A stretch of 64,000 nucleotides of DNA from Candidatus Doudnabacteria bacterium (lineage in GTDB: Bacteria > Patescibacteriota > Doudnabacteria > UBA920): positions 650,853 through 714,852 of the forward strand of contig CAWINB010000004.1 of the NCBI GenBank assembly GCA_963837465.1, written 5' to 3'. Numbering within the stretch: the first letter of the stretch is position 1; every line of letters begins with the position of its first letter. Under the pieces are notes generated by a model. That model ran no database searches. It was given only the letters and a program-made list of their open reading frames with translations, and was not told the DNA's origin. This document shows, piece by piece, positions 18,918-27,575 of the stretch. A program made the position numbers and the translations under genes.

Positions 18918-19640
18918 TTAGTCCCTCGCCGCCGTCAAGCAAATCACTTTTGCCGCGCCGTTGCGTTTTAGGATTTTGGCGGCTTCCTGGAGGGTGGAGC
19001 CGGTGGTGGCGACATCGTCTACAAGGATAATATTTTTGCCGCGGACATCCGCTCCGGGTTTTAGCTTAAAGGCATCGCTGACATTTTTTAGGCGCTGCTC
19101 TTTTTTTAAATCTTTTTGCGTTTTCGTATGCTTACAGCGTACTAGTACGCTAGCGCACGCGATACCCAGTTCCCGGCTCAGGCTTCGGCATAAAATTTCC
19201 GCCTGGTTAAAGCCGCGCCAGCGTTCGCGGGATGGATGGAGCGGGACATAGGCTAATTCGTACGAATTAGCAGTCAGATGCGTATGGTCATTTTTAATTT
19301 TTTGCGCCACGGTTTTCCCAAAAATATTATAAACTTCCGATATGAATTTGTATTTTCCGGCGATTATTATTTTAGCGACTTTGTCATCGTGATAATCGTA
19401 AAAACTAATCAATCCGTCGGCTCCGTGAGGCGTTTGGCAGCCGGGATGTGTAAAGCCGAATATCGCCTGTTTTTGGCAGGCAATACAGCGCTGGCGCTCC
19501 AGCACCGTTAAAGATATTTTACATTCAGCGCAAATAAAATTTCCCTCACCGCCACAGCTCACACAGGAAATGGGGAATAAAGTGTCCAGGACGAAAGTTT
19601 TAATATCCAGCCAGAACGGTTTTATAAATGTTTGATACAT
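18918..19640 (-). CDS. comF: ComF family protein (phosphoribosyltransferase domain, competence)
   Basis: N-terminal Cys4 zinc ribbon (CVSCGGE...CAEC...CIAC) and a C-terminal PRTase motif ILVDDVATTGSTL. Confidence 0.75.
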   Translation of the reverse strand: MYQTFIKPFWLDIKTFVLDTLFPISCVSCGGEGNFICAECKISLTVLERQRCIACQKQAIFGFTHPGCQTPHGADGLISFYDYHDDKVAKIIIAGKYKFISEVYNIFGKTVAQKIKNDHTHLTANSYELAYVPLHPSRERWRGFNQAEILCRSLSRELGIACASVLVRCKHTKTQKDLKKEQRLKNVSDAFKLKPGADVRGKNIILVDDVATTGSTLQEAAKILKRNGAAKVICLTAARD

Positions 19641-20014
19641 GGCTTAACTATAACAGGATTTTAGGCAAAAGAAAAAGCGGACACAGTAGTGTCCGCCGCT
19701 CAACATTGCTGAGTAGGGCTATGGGGTTTTGGTTTAGCGACGCGGAGTATTTGCGTATTCGATGCCGGAATTTATCCGACTCCGTTCGTCTTCGCCTATA
19801 TCCGTGCTGGATTTACGCCGTGCTGACACTTTGAGCCTTTTGAGCTCTTGTGGACGCGCTCCGTGTTTTCTTGCGCTTGCGTATTTTTGCCCTGCAAAGG
19901 GTATTGTAGCGTGTGCCAACGCACACCTCCTTTGCAAGGAGGTTATCAAATTCGAGAGAGAGTCAATGGTTGATATAATAAAATGCGGCCGTTGTTTTTT
20001 ATACCAAAATAATT

Positions 20015-20045
20015 AAAAACCCCGCCCTTAAATAAGGGCGGGGTT
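20015..20045. terminator. hairpin AAAACCCCGCCCTTAAATAAGGGCGGGGTTT downstream of the clp gene
   Basis: Perfect GC stem with flanking A/T runs. Confidence 0.75.
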
Positions 20046-20088
20046 TGGTATGTCATCAATTCAATGATGTAGCTGATAAATTGTCGCG

Positions 20089-22656
20089 CTACACCACCAC
20101 AGCCAGTTTTTCCGCCTTGTGCACGCTAAAGGTAATTTTATCGCCTTTTACGTCCGCGGAGATTTTTGCGCCGTCTTTTAGGCCCATACCGGCAATAATT
20201 TTTTCGGCCAAAGGGTCTTCCAAAAACTGCTGGATGTTTTTGCGCACAAAGCGCGCGCCCTGGGCAGGGTCAAAACTTTTTTCCGATATAAATTTAAACA
20301 CCGCCGGAGTCACCTTGAGCTGGATATTCTGGCTAAGCAGTCTTCCCTGCAGCTGGGCGATTTGCAGCTGGGTGATTTTTTTCAGCTCGTCAAACCCCAA
20401 AGGTTTAAAGACGATAATTTTATCTATCCTGTTTAAAAATTCCGGGCGGAATTCCTGCTTAAGTTGTTCCATTACGCCTTCTTTAATGTGCTCGTACTCC
20501 TGTTCCAGCTTGGCTTTGTGGTCTTTTTCCTCGTTGGAACGGTCGGCAAAGCCGATTTTAGCCGCCTGGTTGGTAAGTTCCCTCATGCCCAAATTGGAAG
20601 TCATTATTATTACGGTGTTGCGGAAGTTGACCTTTTTCCCCTCGGCATCTGTCAGCTGTCCATCTTCCAAAATCTGCAAAAAGACGTTAAAGACATCGGG
20701 GTTGGCTTTTTCAATTTCATCAAACAGCACCACGCTGTAAGGTTTTCTGCGCACCGCTTCGGTCAGCCTGCCGCCTTCGCCGTAACCCACGTAACCGGCC
20801 GGCGCGCCAATCAATCTGGCGACATTGTGCCGCTCCATCAGTTCCGACATATCCACCCGAATAAGCGCGTCTTCGTCCTCAAAAATTTCTTTGGCCAAAA
20901 CTTTGGCGGTTTCGGTTTTGCCCACTCCGGTTGGCCCTAAAAATATAAAAGAACCAAGGGGTCGTTTTGGGTCCGTAATGCCGGCACGGGAACGCCTTAT
21001 GGCCCTGCTTATTTCCGAGCAGGCCTCGTTTTGTCCCACAATCTTGGCTTTAAGAGTTTTTTCCAGCAGGGACAGTTTGTTTAAGTCGGTTTTGGCCAGC
21101 TTGTGCAGGGGGATTTTGGTCATCATGGAAACCGTGTGGGCAATGTCCTCTGAACCGATAATGTGTCCGGAGCTTTTTTCTTCCGCGGCCAGGCTTTTCC
21201 CCAAAGTCTCTTTTTGCTTGAGCAGTTTTTCTTCCTGGGCGCGCAAGTGCAAAGCCGTGGTAAAATCCTGGGCCAGCACCGCTCTGGTTTTTTCCTGTTC
21301 CAGGGCGGCCAAATCGCCTTCTATTTTTTTGGCGGCCCGCAAAAATTTGCTGCCGGAATTTATGCTGCGCAAAAACGCGGCTGTTTCATCTATTAAGTCC
21401 ACGGCTTTATCCGGCAAATAGCGGTCCTGGATGTAGCGCGCCGAAAGCTCCACCGCGGACTTTATGGCCTCTTCGGTAATGGTAACGTTGTGGTGTTTTT
21501 CGTAATTCGGCCTAAGCCCGCGTAAAATAGCCATGGTTTCTTCCGGGCTGGGCTCATCAACAACAATGGGCTGAAAGCGCCTTTCCAGCGCCGCGTCTTT
21601 TTCTATGTGCTGTTTGTATTCCGTAAGGGTGGTGGCTCCAATGGCGCGGAGTTCGCCGCGGGCCAGGGCGGGTTTTAGAATGTTGGCGGCATCCAGCGAT
21701 CCGGTGGTGGCGCCGGCCCCGACCATGGTATGCAGTTCGTCTATGAACAATATAACGTCCGCGGAGTTTTTAACTTCATCTATAATTTGTTTCAGCCGGT
21801 TTTCGAACTCGCCCCGGAACATTGAACCCGCGACTATTAAGGCCAGATCCAAAGACAAAATCCTTTTATCCAGCAGGGAGTCGGGGACTTCTCGTTTGGT
21901 AATGGCCAGAGCCAGGCCCTCCACGATGGCGGTTTTGCCCACGCCGGCTTCGCCGATTAAAATAGGATTGTTTTTGGTGCGGCGGTTGAGTATGGAAACC
22001 ATGCGTTCTATTTCCCTTTTGCGGCCTATGACAGGATCAATGGAACCGGCGGCGGCTTTTTTGGTCAGGTCCGTGGTGAAGTAATCAAGCAGGCCCCCCT
22101 TTTTGGCATCCCCAATTTTAGATCCCAGGCTCGGCGGAGGCGGCATTGGGCCTTCCACCGGCGGCATTCCGTGGTCGTGCTGCTCGGGCATTTCCGGAAA
22201 CTTGGAAATATTTTCAAAAACATTGAGCAGGTTTTGTTCCAGCTCGTATGCATCTGTGCCAAGCTTGGAAAGTATGACCTTAGCCTTGTTTTGCGGCACG
22301 GTTAACAGGCCGTACAAAAAATGTTCGGTGCCGATAAACTGGTAACCGTACTGGCTGGCCACGATGGCCGATTTTTCTATGACCGATTTTAAGTTTTCGC
22401 TTAACACAGGCTTCCAGGCCGCCACGGAGTTGTTGCTGTTGACCAAAATTAATTCCTGTTTAATGACTTCCGGAGTCAGTTTGGTCTTTGTCAAAATTTC
22501 CGCGGCAAAAGAACTCTTTTCTGAAATCACCCCGTACAAAAGATGTTCGGTGCCAATATGGTCGTGCTTCAGCTCCTCGCTCACCAGCTGTGCCATTATA
22601 AGCGCGTTTTTGGCGCGCGAGGATAATCGTTCAAGAATGTAAGTGAAATTTGTCAT
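20089..22656 (-). CDS. clpC: Clp/Hsp100 ATP-dependent chaperone (ClpC/ClpB-like, two AAA+ modules)
   Basis: Clp_N repeats, two Walker A motifs (GEAGVGKTAIVEGLA and GPTGVGKTETAKVLA) and a short middle domain. The ATG at 22656 is preferred over the TTG at 22692. Confidence 0.8.
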   Translation of the reverse strand: MTNFTYILERLSSRAKNALIMAQLVSEELKHDHIGTEHLLYGVISEKSSFAAEILTKTKLTPEVIKQELILVNSNNSVAAWKPVLSENLKSVIEKSAIVASQYGYQFIGTEHFLYGLLTVPQNKAKVILSKLGTDAYELEQNLLNVFENISKFPEMPEQHDHGMPPVEGPMPPPPSLGSKIGDAKKGGLLDYFTTDLTKKAAAGSIDPVIGRKREIERMVSILNRRTKNNPILIGEAGVGKTAIVEGLALAITKREVPDSLLDKRILSLDLALIVAGSMFRGEFENRLKQIIDEVKNSADVILFIDELHTMVGAGATTGSLDAANILKPALARGELRAIGATTLTEYKQHIEKDAALERRFQPIVVDEPSPEETMAILRGLRPNYEKHHNVTITEEAIKSAVELSARYIQDRYLPDKAVDLIDETAAFLRSINSGSKFLRAAKKIEGDLAALEQEKTRAVLAQDFTTALHLRAQEEKLLKQKETLGKSLAAEEKSSGHIIGSEDIAHTVSMMTKIPLHKLAKTDLNKLSLLEKTLKAKIVGQNEACSEISRAIRRSRAGITDPKRPLGSFIFLGPTGVGKTETAKVLAKEIFEDEDALIRVDMSELMERHNVARLIGAPAGYVGYGEGGRLTEAVRRKPYSVVLFDEIEKANPDVFNVFLQILEDGQLTDAEGKKVNFRNTVIIMTSNLGMRELTNQAAKIGFADRSNEEKDHKAKLEQEYEHIKEGVMEQLKQEFRPEFLNRIDKIIVFKPLGFDELKKITQLQIAQLQGRLLSQNIQLKVTPAVFKFISEKSFDPAQGARFVRKNIQQFLEDPLAEKIIAGMGLKDGAKISADVKGDKITFSVHKAEKLAVVV

Positions 22657-22789
22657 ATAGATGGTACGAAAATATGGATGATAAACGGACAACGCTGATA
22701 TATGTTATATTTATTATACCACGCAAGTTGATTATATGGCGCATTAGCACTCTTGTCAATAGACTGATAATAAAAAATTTTAAAAGTTT

Positions 22790-23320
22790 GTGTTTAAGGC
22801 AAAAAATAAAACCAAGCAGCCGGAAAACGAGCAAAAGGCCTACGAGTATGCCGTGTTTTTGCTGTCTTTGCAGTTAAGGACTGTTGGTGAGGTTAGAAGT
22901 AAGATGGAAGGTCGCGGTTATTCTCCAGCGGTTATCGAAAACGTAACCGAGCAATTACGTAAACAGCGTTATTTGGATGACGAACGCTATGCCGAAGTTT
23001 TTTTGGAAAATTTAAAGCAATACAAAAATTTGGGCTATTATGGCATAAAGAAAAAATTTATGCTTAAAAAGTTGCCCGCTAACATAATCGAAAGAACTTT
23101 GGCCGATGGTTTATCCGTTGAAGAGGAATTAAAAATCGCCAAAAGGCTTTTAAAAAAAGAAGGGGTTGCGGCGGCTTCGTCCGATTCGGATAATAATCAG
23201 GTCGCGGATAATTCTTACGCCATTTTTAGTGAAGATCAGAGCAAACAAAAACAAAAAATCACCCAAAAATTAAGGGTGAGAGGATTTAGAGGAGAGGTTA
23301 TCGCCAGGCTTGTCTATTAA
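22790..23320 (+). CDS. recX: recombination regulator RecX
   Basis: RecX repeats (EQKAYEYAVFLLSLQLRTVGEVRSKMEGRGYSPAVIE...RYLDDERYAEVFLEN). Confidence 0.7.
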   Translation: MFKAKNKTKQPENEQKAYEYAVFLLSLQLRTVGEVRSKMEGRGYSPAVIENVTEQLRKQRYLDDERYAEVFLENLKQYKNLGYYGIKKKFMLKKLPANIIERTLADGLSVEEELKIAKRLLKKEGVAAASSDSDNNQVADNSYAIFSEDQSKQKQKITQKLRVRGFRGEVIARLVY

Positions 23321-23344
23321 GATTGAGGTTGGGGTAAATAAAAT

Positions 23345-23378
23345 CCGGGCCCGCTTACTGGTAGCGAGGCCCGGTTTT
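23345..23378. terminator. bidirectional rho-independent terminator CCGGGCCCGCTTACTGGTAGCGAGGCCCGGTTTT
   Basis: GC stem with T-run on the plus strand and A-run upstream. Confidence 0.7.
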
Positions 23379-23547
23379 GCGGGCAGTGCAAATACCACTA
23401 CCTGCGGGACGCAATCTCATGCGCGAGTGAGATAAGATTCAGCAAGCATCCAGCGAATTCCGGATTGCTTATTCTTAGAGTCTCAAACACTTCAGGTCCT
23501 CTGGTCAGAAGAGCCTGGATTAGACTTTCGTCGCAGAGACTTAGCCG

Positions 23548-24757
23548 ATACCGTTCGGAAATCCGTTGGTGAAATCAGATGTTCCTGTTAAGCTTAAGCG
23601 ATAAAACCAAGGTTTAACCAGTTAACTAAGAAAGGAATCTAGTCATGCCAAAAAAAACGTCGCCATGTTTGTCCACATTGCAGCAGTTTAAAAACAATTA
23701 AATTTGGTAAGGATGGCAAGAGTCATCGCTACCTCTGCCATTTTTGTAAGCGCACCTTTTCCATTTACCACGGCCAGGATTCTCACAACCTTTGGATAGA
23801 GCATATTGACGGCGTGGGCTTTAGACGCTTAGGCGATGAAAACACCCTGTCAGGGCCCCAGACCTACGCGCGCGTCATCACAGAGCTGGATCAGCTGCCA
23901 AAAAACGACTTTTTGACCAAAACCCTCTGTGATTTGGCCCACTGCCAGGGGATTTTAATCCTTGACGGCAAATACATCGCGGTTAAAGGCTTTGAGCGGA
24001 AGATTCCATTCCTGTTCGGCATTGATTACCTGACTCACGATATTTTACACGGAGAATTGTTCTTTTCTGAGGACGAAGCGGCTTTCTCCCAGTACTTTCA
24101 GAAACTAAAAGACCTGGGCTACAACCTTAAAATAGTTGTCGCCGATGACAGAGCAGGCATAAAACAGGCTCTAAACAAGGTCTTTCCCTACGCGCGGCTG
24201 CAGCTCTGCCATGTCCACTTCCTGGAAAACATCCGCGCTGTGCTTAGGGTTAAAACCGAGGAGCGCTACAGACACTTTTTTAATTCACTTAAGCTCCATG
24301 TGTTTACCGAAGGAGCGGATGAGGAAAAAATTGACGCCGGACTGGAGCATGTCTTAAGAAATCATGCCCAACACAGCCCCAAACTCCAGGATATTATCTG
24401 GGAAGTTAAGCGTAGACGCGAAGCCTTGTTTAATTACCTGAAAGTCAAAGACTGTCCCAACAACACCAACCTCATAGAACTTTTTAATTCCCACTTAAAC
24501 GGCCGCCTTAAAACCATCAAGGGTTTCCAGAGTTTTAAGTCGGCAAATCGCTGGCTTAACGCCTGGATGATTCGGCGCCGCAGCAAGACTTTTACCGATT
24601 GCGACAAAAAATTTAAATATTTAAACAAACACTGCTCCCTGGAATTTACCATTAAAAAACAGGCCCTGTGGCCTGAAACTTTAAAAACTTTAGGAATTAA
24701 CAAAATAAATTTTTTCGAAAAAAGCGATTACTAACAACGGATTCCCGAACGGTAACC
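23548..24757. mobile_element. IS1-family-like insertion sequence (about 1.2 kb) with imperfect terminal inverted repeats TACCGTTCGG(A/G)AATCCGTTG
   Basis: IRL 23548-23568 vs IRR 24735-24757 (19/20 match). Encodes one transposase with an InsA-like zinc ribbon and an InsB-like DDE domain. Confidence 0.65.
23645..24734 (+). CDS. IS1-family transposase (InsA-like Zn-ribbon fused to InsB-like DDE domain); frame broken in an A-run at 23650-23657
   Basis: Zinc ribbon CPHCSSLKTIKFGKDGKSHRYLCHFCKRTFS, cf. IS1 InsA ...[20 protein letters not shown]. DDE region ILDGKYIAVKG / IVVADDRAGIK / IELFNSHLNGRLKTIKGFQSF, cf. InsB MDEQWGYVGAK / WMTDGW / [22 protein letters not shown]. The ATG at 23645 is +1 out of frame with the body. 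The A-run is the only place they can be joined. Confidence 0.6.
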
Positions 24758-24943
24758 TCCAAGCGATCAAACGCCTCGAGCCAGGACTCGGAAACATGAC
24801 TTTGATTCATCATATTCTGTTACCTCCTTCCTCCAGTCAAATTCAATGCACTTTATATTAATAAACTATAACAAAAAAAGCAACCATAAATACTATGATG
24901 GTTGCTTTGTCCGCGTCCTTAGTATAGGAGTTTAGCCGACGAC

Positions 24944-25885
24944 TTATAAATTCATCTCCCGTAACCTCTTAACCCTGTCCTCAATCGGCGGGTGGGTGTT
25001 AAACAGGCTGGCGAACCAGCTGCGCGCGCCGTGGGCGCTGCCTTGTTGGCTGGAAGTGGCTTCCATCCTGTCCTGGTGGAATGGATTGACTATGTAAAAA
25101 TGCGCCGTGGCATTGTTGGCTTCGGCGAGCGGAGCGGAGTCATCTGAAATTTTTTCCAAAGCTGACGCAAGACCTTCGGGGTATCTTGTTAAAAGCGCGC
25201 CGCTGGCATCTGCCAAATATTCCCTTTGGCGGGAAACAGCCAGTTTTATTAAAGTGGCAATGAGCGGTGAAAGGATGGCCAAAAGAATACCAACCGCGAA
25301 AAGTATCATGCCTAAATTGCCATTATTGTTGTTATTGCTCCTGCGGCCGCCGAAAATGGAAAAGCGCAAAAACCAGTTGGACATAAGCGCTATCATGCCC
25401 ACCAAAACCACAACCAGGGTCATTAAACGGATATCGTAATTGCCAATGTGCGAAAGTTCGTGCGCGGTAACGCCTTCCAGTTCGGTTTTGTTCAATTTTT
25501 GCAGAATCCCGCTGGTGTAGCAAATGACCGCGTGCTTTGGGTCGCGGCCCGTGGCAAAGGCGTTGGGAGCGGAGTCTTGAATAATATAGATTTTTGGCGT
25601 AGGAATGCCCGCGGCAATGCACAAATTTTCCACTATGTTATAGAGCTGCTGGTTTGTCGCCCGGTCAACGGCCTGGGCTTTGGAAACCGCTAGCGTGATG
25701 GAGTCGGCAAAATAATAAGAGAATAATGCCGAGAAAACGCTAATAAACACAGCCAAATACAAAATCGCGTCGTCCTGATAAATTTGCGCGAACACCCAGC
25801 CAATAGCCGAAATTACCACTAAAAAGCTGAATATTAATATCCAGCTGTCGCGTTTATTTTTGGCGATAAAATCGTAGGTAAGCAT
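24944..25885 (-). CDS. htpX: zinc metalloprotease HtpX (M48)
   Basis: HELSH zinc motif (TAHELSHIGNYD) and a multi-TM topology. Confidence 0.8.
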   Translation of the reverse strand: MLTYDFIAKNKRDSWILIFSFLVVISAIGWVFAQIYQDDAILYLAVFISVFSALFSYYFADSITLAVSKAQAVDRATNQQLYNIVENLCIAAGIPTPKIYIIQDSAPNAFATGRDPKHAVICYTSGILQKLNKTELEGVTAHELSHIGNYDIRLMTLVVVLVGMIALMSNWFLRFSIFGGRRSNNNNNGNLGMILFAVGILLAILSPLIATLIKLAVSRQREYLADASGALLTRYPEGLASALEKISDDSAPLAEANNATAHFYIVNPFHQDRMEATSSQQGSAHGARSWFASLFNTHPPIEDRVKRLREMNL

Positions 25886-25886
25886 T

Positions 25887-25923
25887 GGGGGTAGGGTATA
25901 GGGGCTAGGGGGTTAGGGGTTAG
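25887..25923. repeat. G-rich flank GGGGGTAGGGTATAGGGGCTAGGGGGTTAGGGGTTAG (GGGGTTA units)
   Basis: Inverted complement of the C-rich flank 26308-26343 on the other side of the 4HB gene. Has at least 4 G-tracts. Confidence 0.85.
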
Positions 25924-25931
25924 AAAAGCAC

Positions 25932-26303
25932 CTAATTGATTGTAGTTGAGCGAAGTTTTTTGATTAGCGCTAGTAGCATTTTTTGTACTTGCAGAAGTAA
26001 TGACTTAGCGATCAAATAATCAAAATTCGGATACAATTTTTCCATCAGTAATATTTGTGTTTCAAGTTCTGCCGTCGATCCAAAAGCTATGCCCAAAAAT
26101 TGAATGAATTCTTTGGTATGGTTCCTCGCGTGGCCTTCTGCTATGTTGGAAGGTATAGAGATGGCAGCTCTTTGTGTTTGTGAACAAAGGCCGTAAAGTT
26201 CGTGTTTAGGAAATTGGCGGGTAATTTTATATATTTCTAATACTAAATCATTAGATTTTTGCCAAACAATTAAGTCTTTGTAGCTTAAGATCTGGTTTTG
26301 CAT
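25932..26303 (-). CDS. four helix bundle protein (TIGR02436 / 23S rRNA IVS protein family), second copy
   Basis: Motifs DLIVWQKS...FPKHELYGLCSQTQRAAISIPSNIAEGHAR...GSTAELETQ, canonical for the family. Confidence 0.8.
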   Translation of the reverse strand: MQNQILSYKDLIVWQKSNDLVLEIYKITRQFPKHELYGLCSQTQRAAISIPSNIAEGHARNHTKEFIQFLGIAFGSTAELETQILLMEKLYPNFDYLIAKSLLLQVQKMLLALIKKLRSTTIN

Positions 26304-26307
26304 ACTA

Positions 26308-26343
26308 TTCCCTAATCTCTATTCCCTAGCCCCTACCATTAGA
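26308..26343. repeat. C-rich flank ATTCCCTAATCTCTATTCCCTAGCCCCTACCATTAG
   Basis: Shares the core AGGGGCTAGGG/CCCTAGCCCCT in inverted orientation with 25887-25923. Confidence 0.8.
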
Positions 26344-26884
26344 ATTTCACCGCCACCGGCTGCGCCTCCGGACCGCTTTCGTCTATCCCAAAGAATTGCT
26401 TAGCCGTAAAACCAAACATGGAAGCGAACAGGTTGGTAGGGAAGACCTGGAGTTTGGTGTTGTAGTCGCGGGCGGTGCCGTTGTAGAAGCGGCGGGCGGC
26501 CTGGATTTTGTCTTCGGTATCGGTTAAATCGCTTTGCAGCTGCAAAAAGTTTTGGTTGGCTTTTAAGTCCGGATAGGCTTCGGCCACGGCAAACAAACTT
26601 TTTAGCGTGCCGGAAAGCGCGTTTTCCTTAGCCAGTTTATCATCAAGCGATCCTGCTCCCATAGCCGCGGTGCGGGCAGCCGTGACTTTTTCAAAAACTC
26701 CGGATTCATGAGCGGCGTAGCCCTGCACGGTACTGACCAAATTGGGGATTAAATCATACCGACGCTTTAACTGAACGTCTATATCGCTCCACGCTTCATC
26801 CACGCGGTTTTTGGAACGGACCAGACCGTTAAATAGCAGGACGGCAATAATCACAATTGCCAAAATTATCCACAAAAATACCAT
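26339..26884 (-). CDS. lemA: LemA family protein
   Basis: N-terminal TM followed by the LemA domain (RYDLIPNLV...). Confidence 0.75.
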   Translation of the reverse strand: MVFLWIILAIVIIAVLLFNGLVRSKNRVDEAWSDIDVQLKRRYDLIPNLVSTVQGYAAHESGVFEKVTAARTAAMGAGSLDDKLAKENALSGTLKSLFAVAEAYPDLKANQNFLQLQSDLTDTEDKIQAARRFYNGTARDYNTKLQVFPTNLFASMFGFTAKQFFGIDESGPEAQPVAVKF

Positions 26885-26987
26885 ATATTTAAGCTTTTCG
26901 TTTAATATTTAAGCTTTTCCATATTATACCATATATACGCAAAATATCATAAAATTGTTGCAAACCCAGGTTTAACCCGTGGCCGCC

Positions 26988-27016
26988 TTGACAAGTTTGG
27001 GGTGATGATATATAAT
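26988..27016 (+). promoter_or_regulatory. sigma70-like promoter TTGACA-17-TATAAT for the yerC-like gene
   Basis: Exact consensus hexamers with 17-nt spacing. Confidence 0.6.
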
Positions 27017-27017
27017 C

Positions 27018-27056
27018 GCTTTAGTTAACTAAAGCGCTTTAGTATGCTAAAGCGAC
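27018..27056. promoter_or_regulatory. two tandem palindromic operator-like sites, CGCTTTAGTTAACTAAAGCG and CTTTAGTATGCTAAAG
   Basis: Perfect dyads between the -10 and the start codon of a TrpR-like regulator gene. A related half-site GCTTTAGTGCACTAGC lies at about 27417-27436. Confidence 0.55.
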
Positions 27057-27065
27057 AACAATTAA

Positions 27066-27404
27066 ATGCTTATGAATAAATCCAACAAATGGGATAACAA
27101 AAAAACGGATGCTTTGGTAAAAACTGTTTTGGCTTTGAAGACCAAAAAAGAAGCCAAAAAGTTTTTGCGCGACCTGTTAACCGAAGACGAAATCCTGGAA
27201 TTCGGCAACCGCTGGCAAGCCGCGCAAATGTTAAGCAAAAAATTGTCCTACACTACCATATCCGGCAAAACCGGCCTGTCCAGCGCCACCATAGCCCGCA
27301 TTTCCAATTGGTTAAAAAACGGCCGCGGCGGATACAAATTAATGCTCAAACGCCTAGCTTTACATCATCACAACTCTCTTCCTGTTGGGAAAGGGTTGCG
27401 TTGA
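27066..27404 (+). CDS. YerC/YecD (TrpR-like) family DNA-binding protein
   Basis: LLTEDEILEFGNRWQAAQMLSKKLSYTTISGKTGLSSATIARISNWLKNG matches the family consensus. Confidence 0.7.
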   Translation: MLMNKSNKWDNKKTDALVKTVLALKTKKEAKKFLRDLLTEDEILEFGNRWQAAQMLSKKLSYTTISGKTGLSSATIARISNWLKNGRGGYKLMLKRLALHHHNSLPVGKGLR

Positions 27405-27575
27405 TAATATTTCGTAAGCTTTAGTGCACTAGCTGCAAGTCCGCCATAGCGCTTTGGCGAAGGCGGATACGCTAGCGTAAAAGGACTTGAAAATATCAAC
27501 TTAACCCGTTCCCAAGAGGAGCGGGTTTTTTGTTTGTCCCAAAACGAGCAAAATTTACAATCAAAAGGATGGAAT

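Larger units (their letters stand above)
23398..24813 (-). pseudogene. small gene (about 80 aa) apparently split by the IS: 5' part 24813-24758 with strong SD, putative 3' part 23547-23398
   Basis: GGAGGAAGGAGG SD 7 nt upstream of ATGATG at 24813. The ORF reads straight into the IRR. An open frame on the other side of the IS ends at a TAG immediately before the terminator at 23345-23378. Confidence 0.4.

Noticed and set aside
20089-22692. Numerous plus-strand ORFs (for example 20045-20740, 20825-21421) antisense to the clp gene
   Set aside because: They are antisense to a well-supported 850-aa Clp ATPase. They lack motifs.
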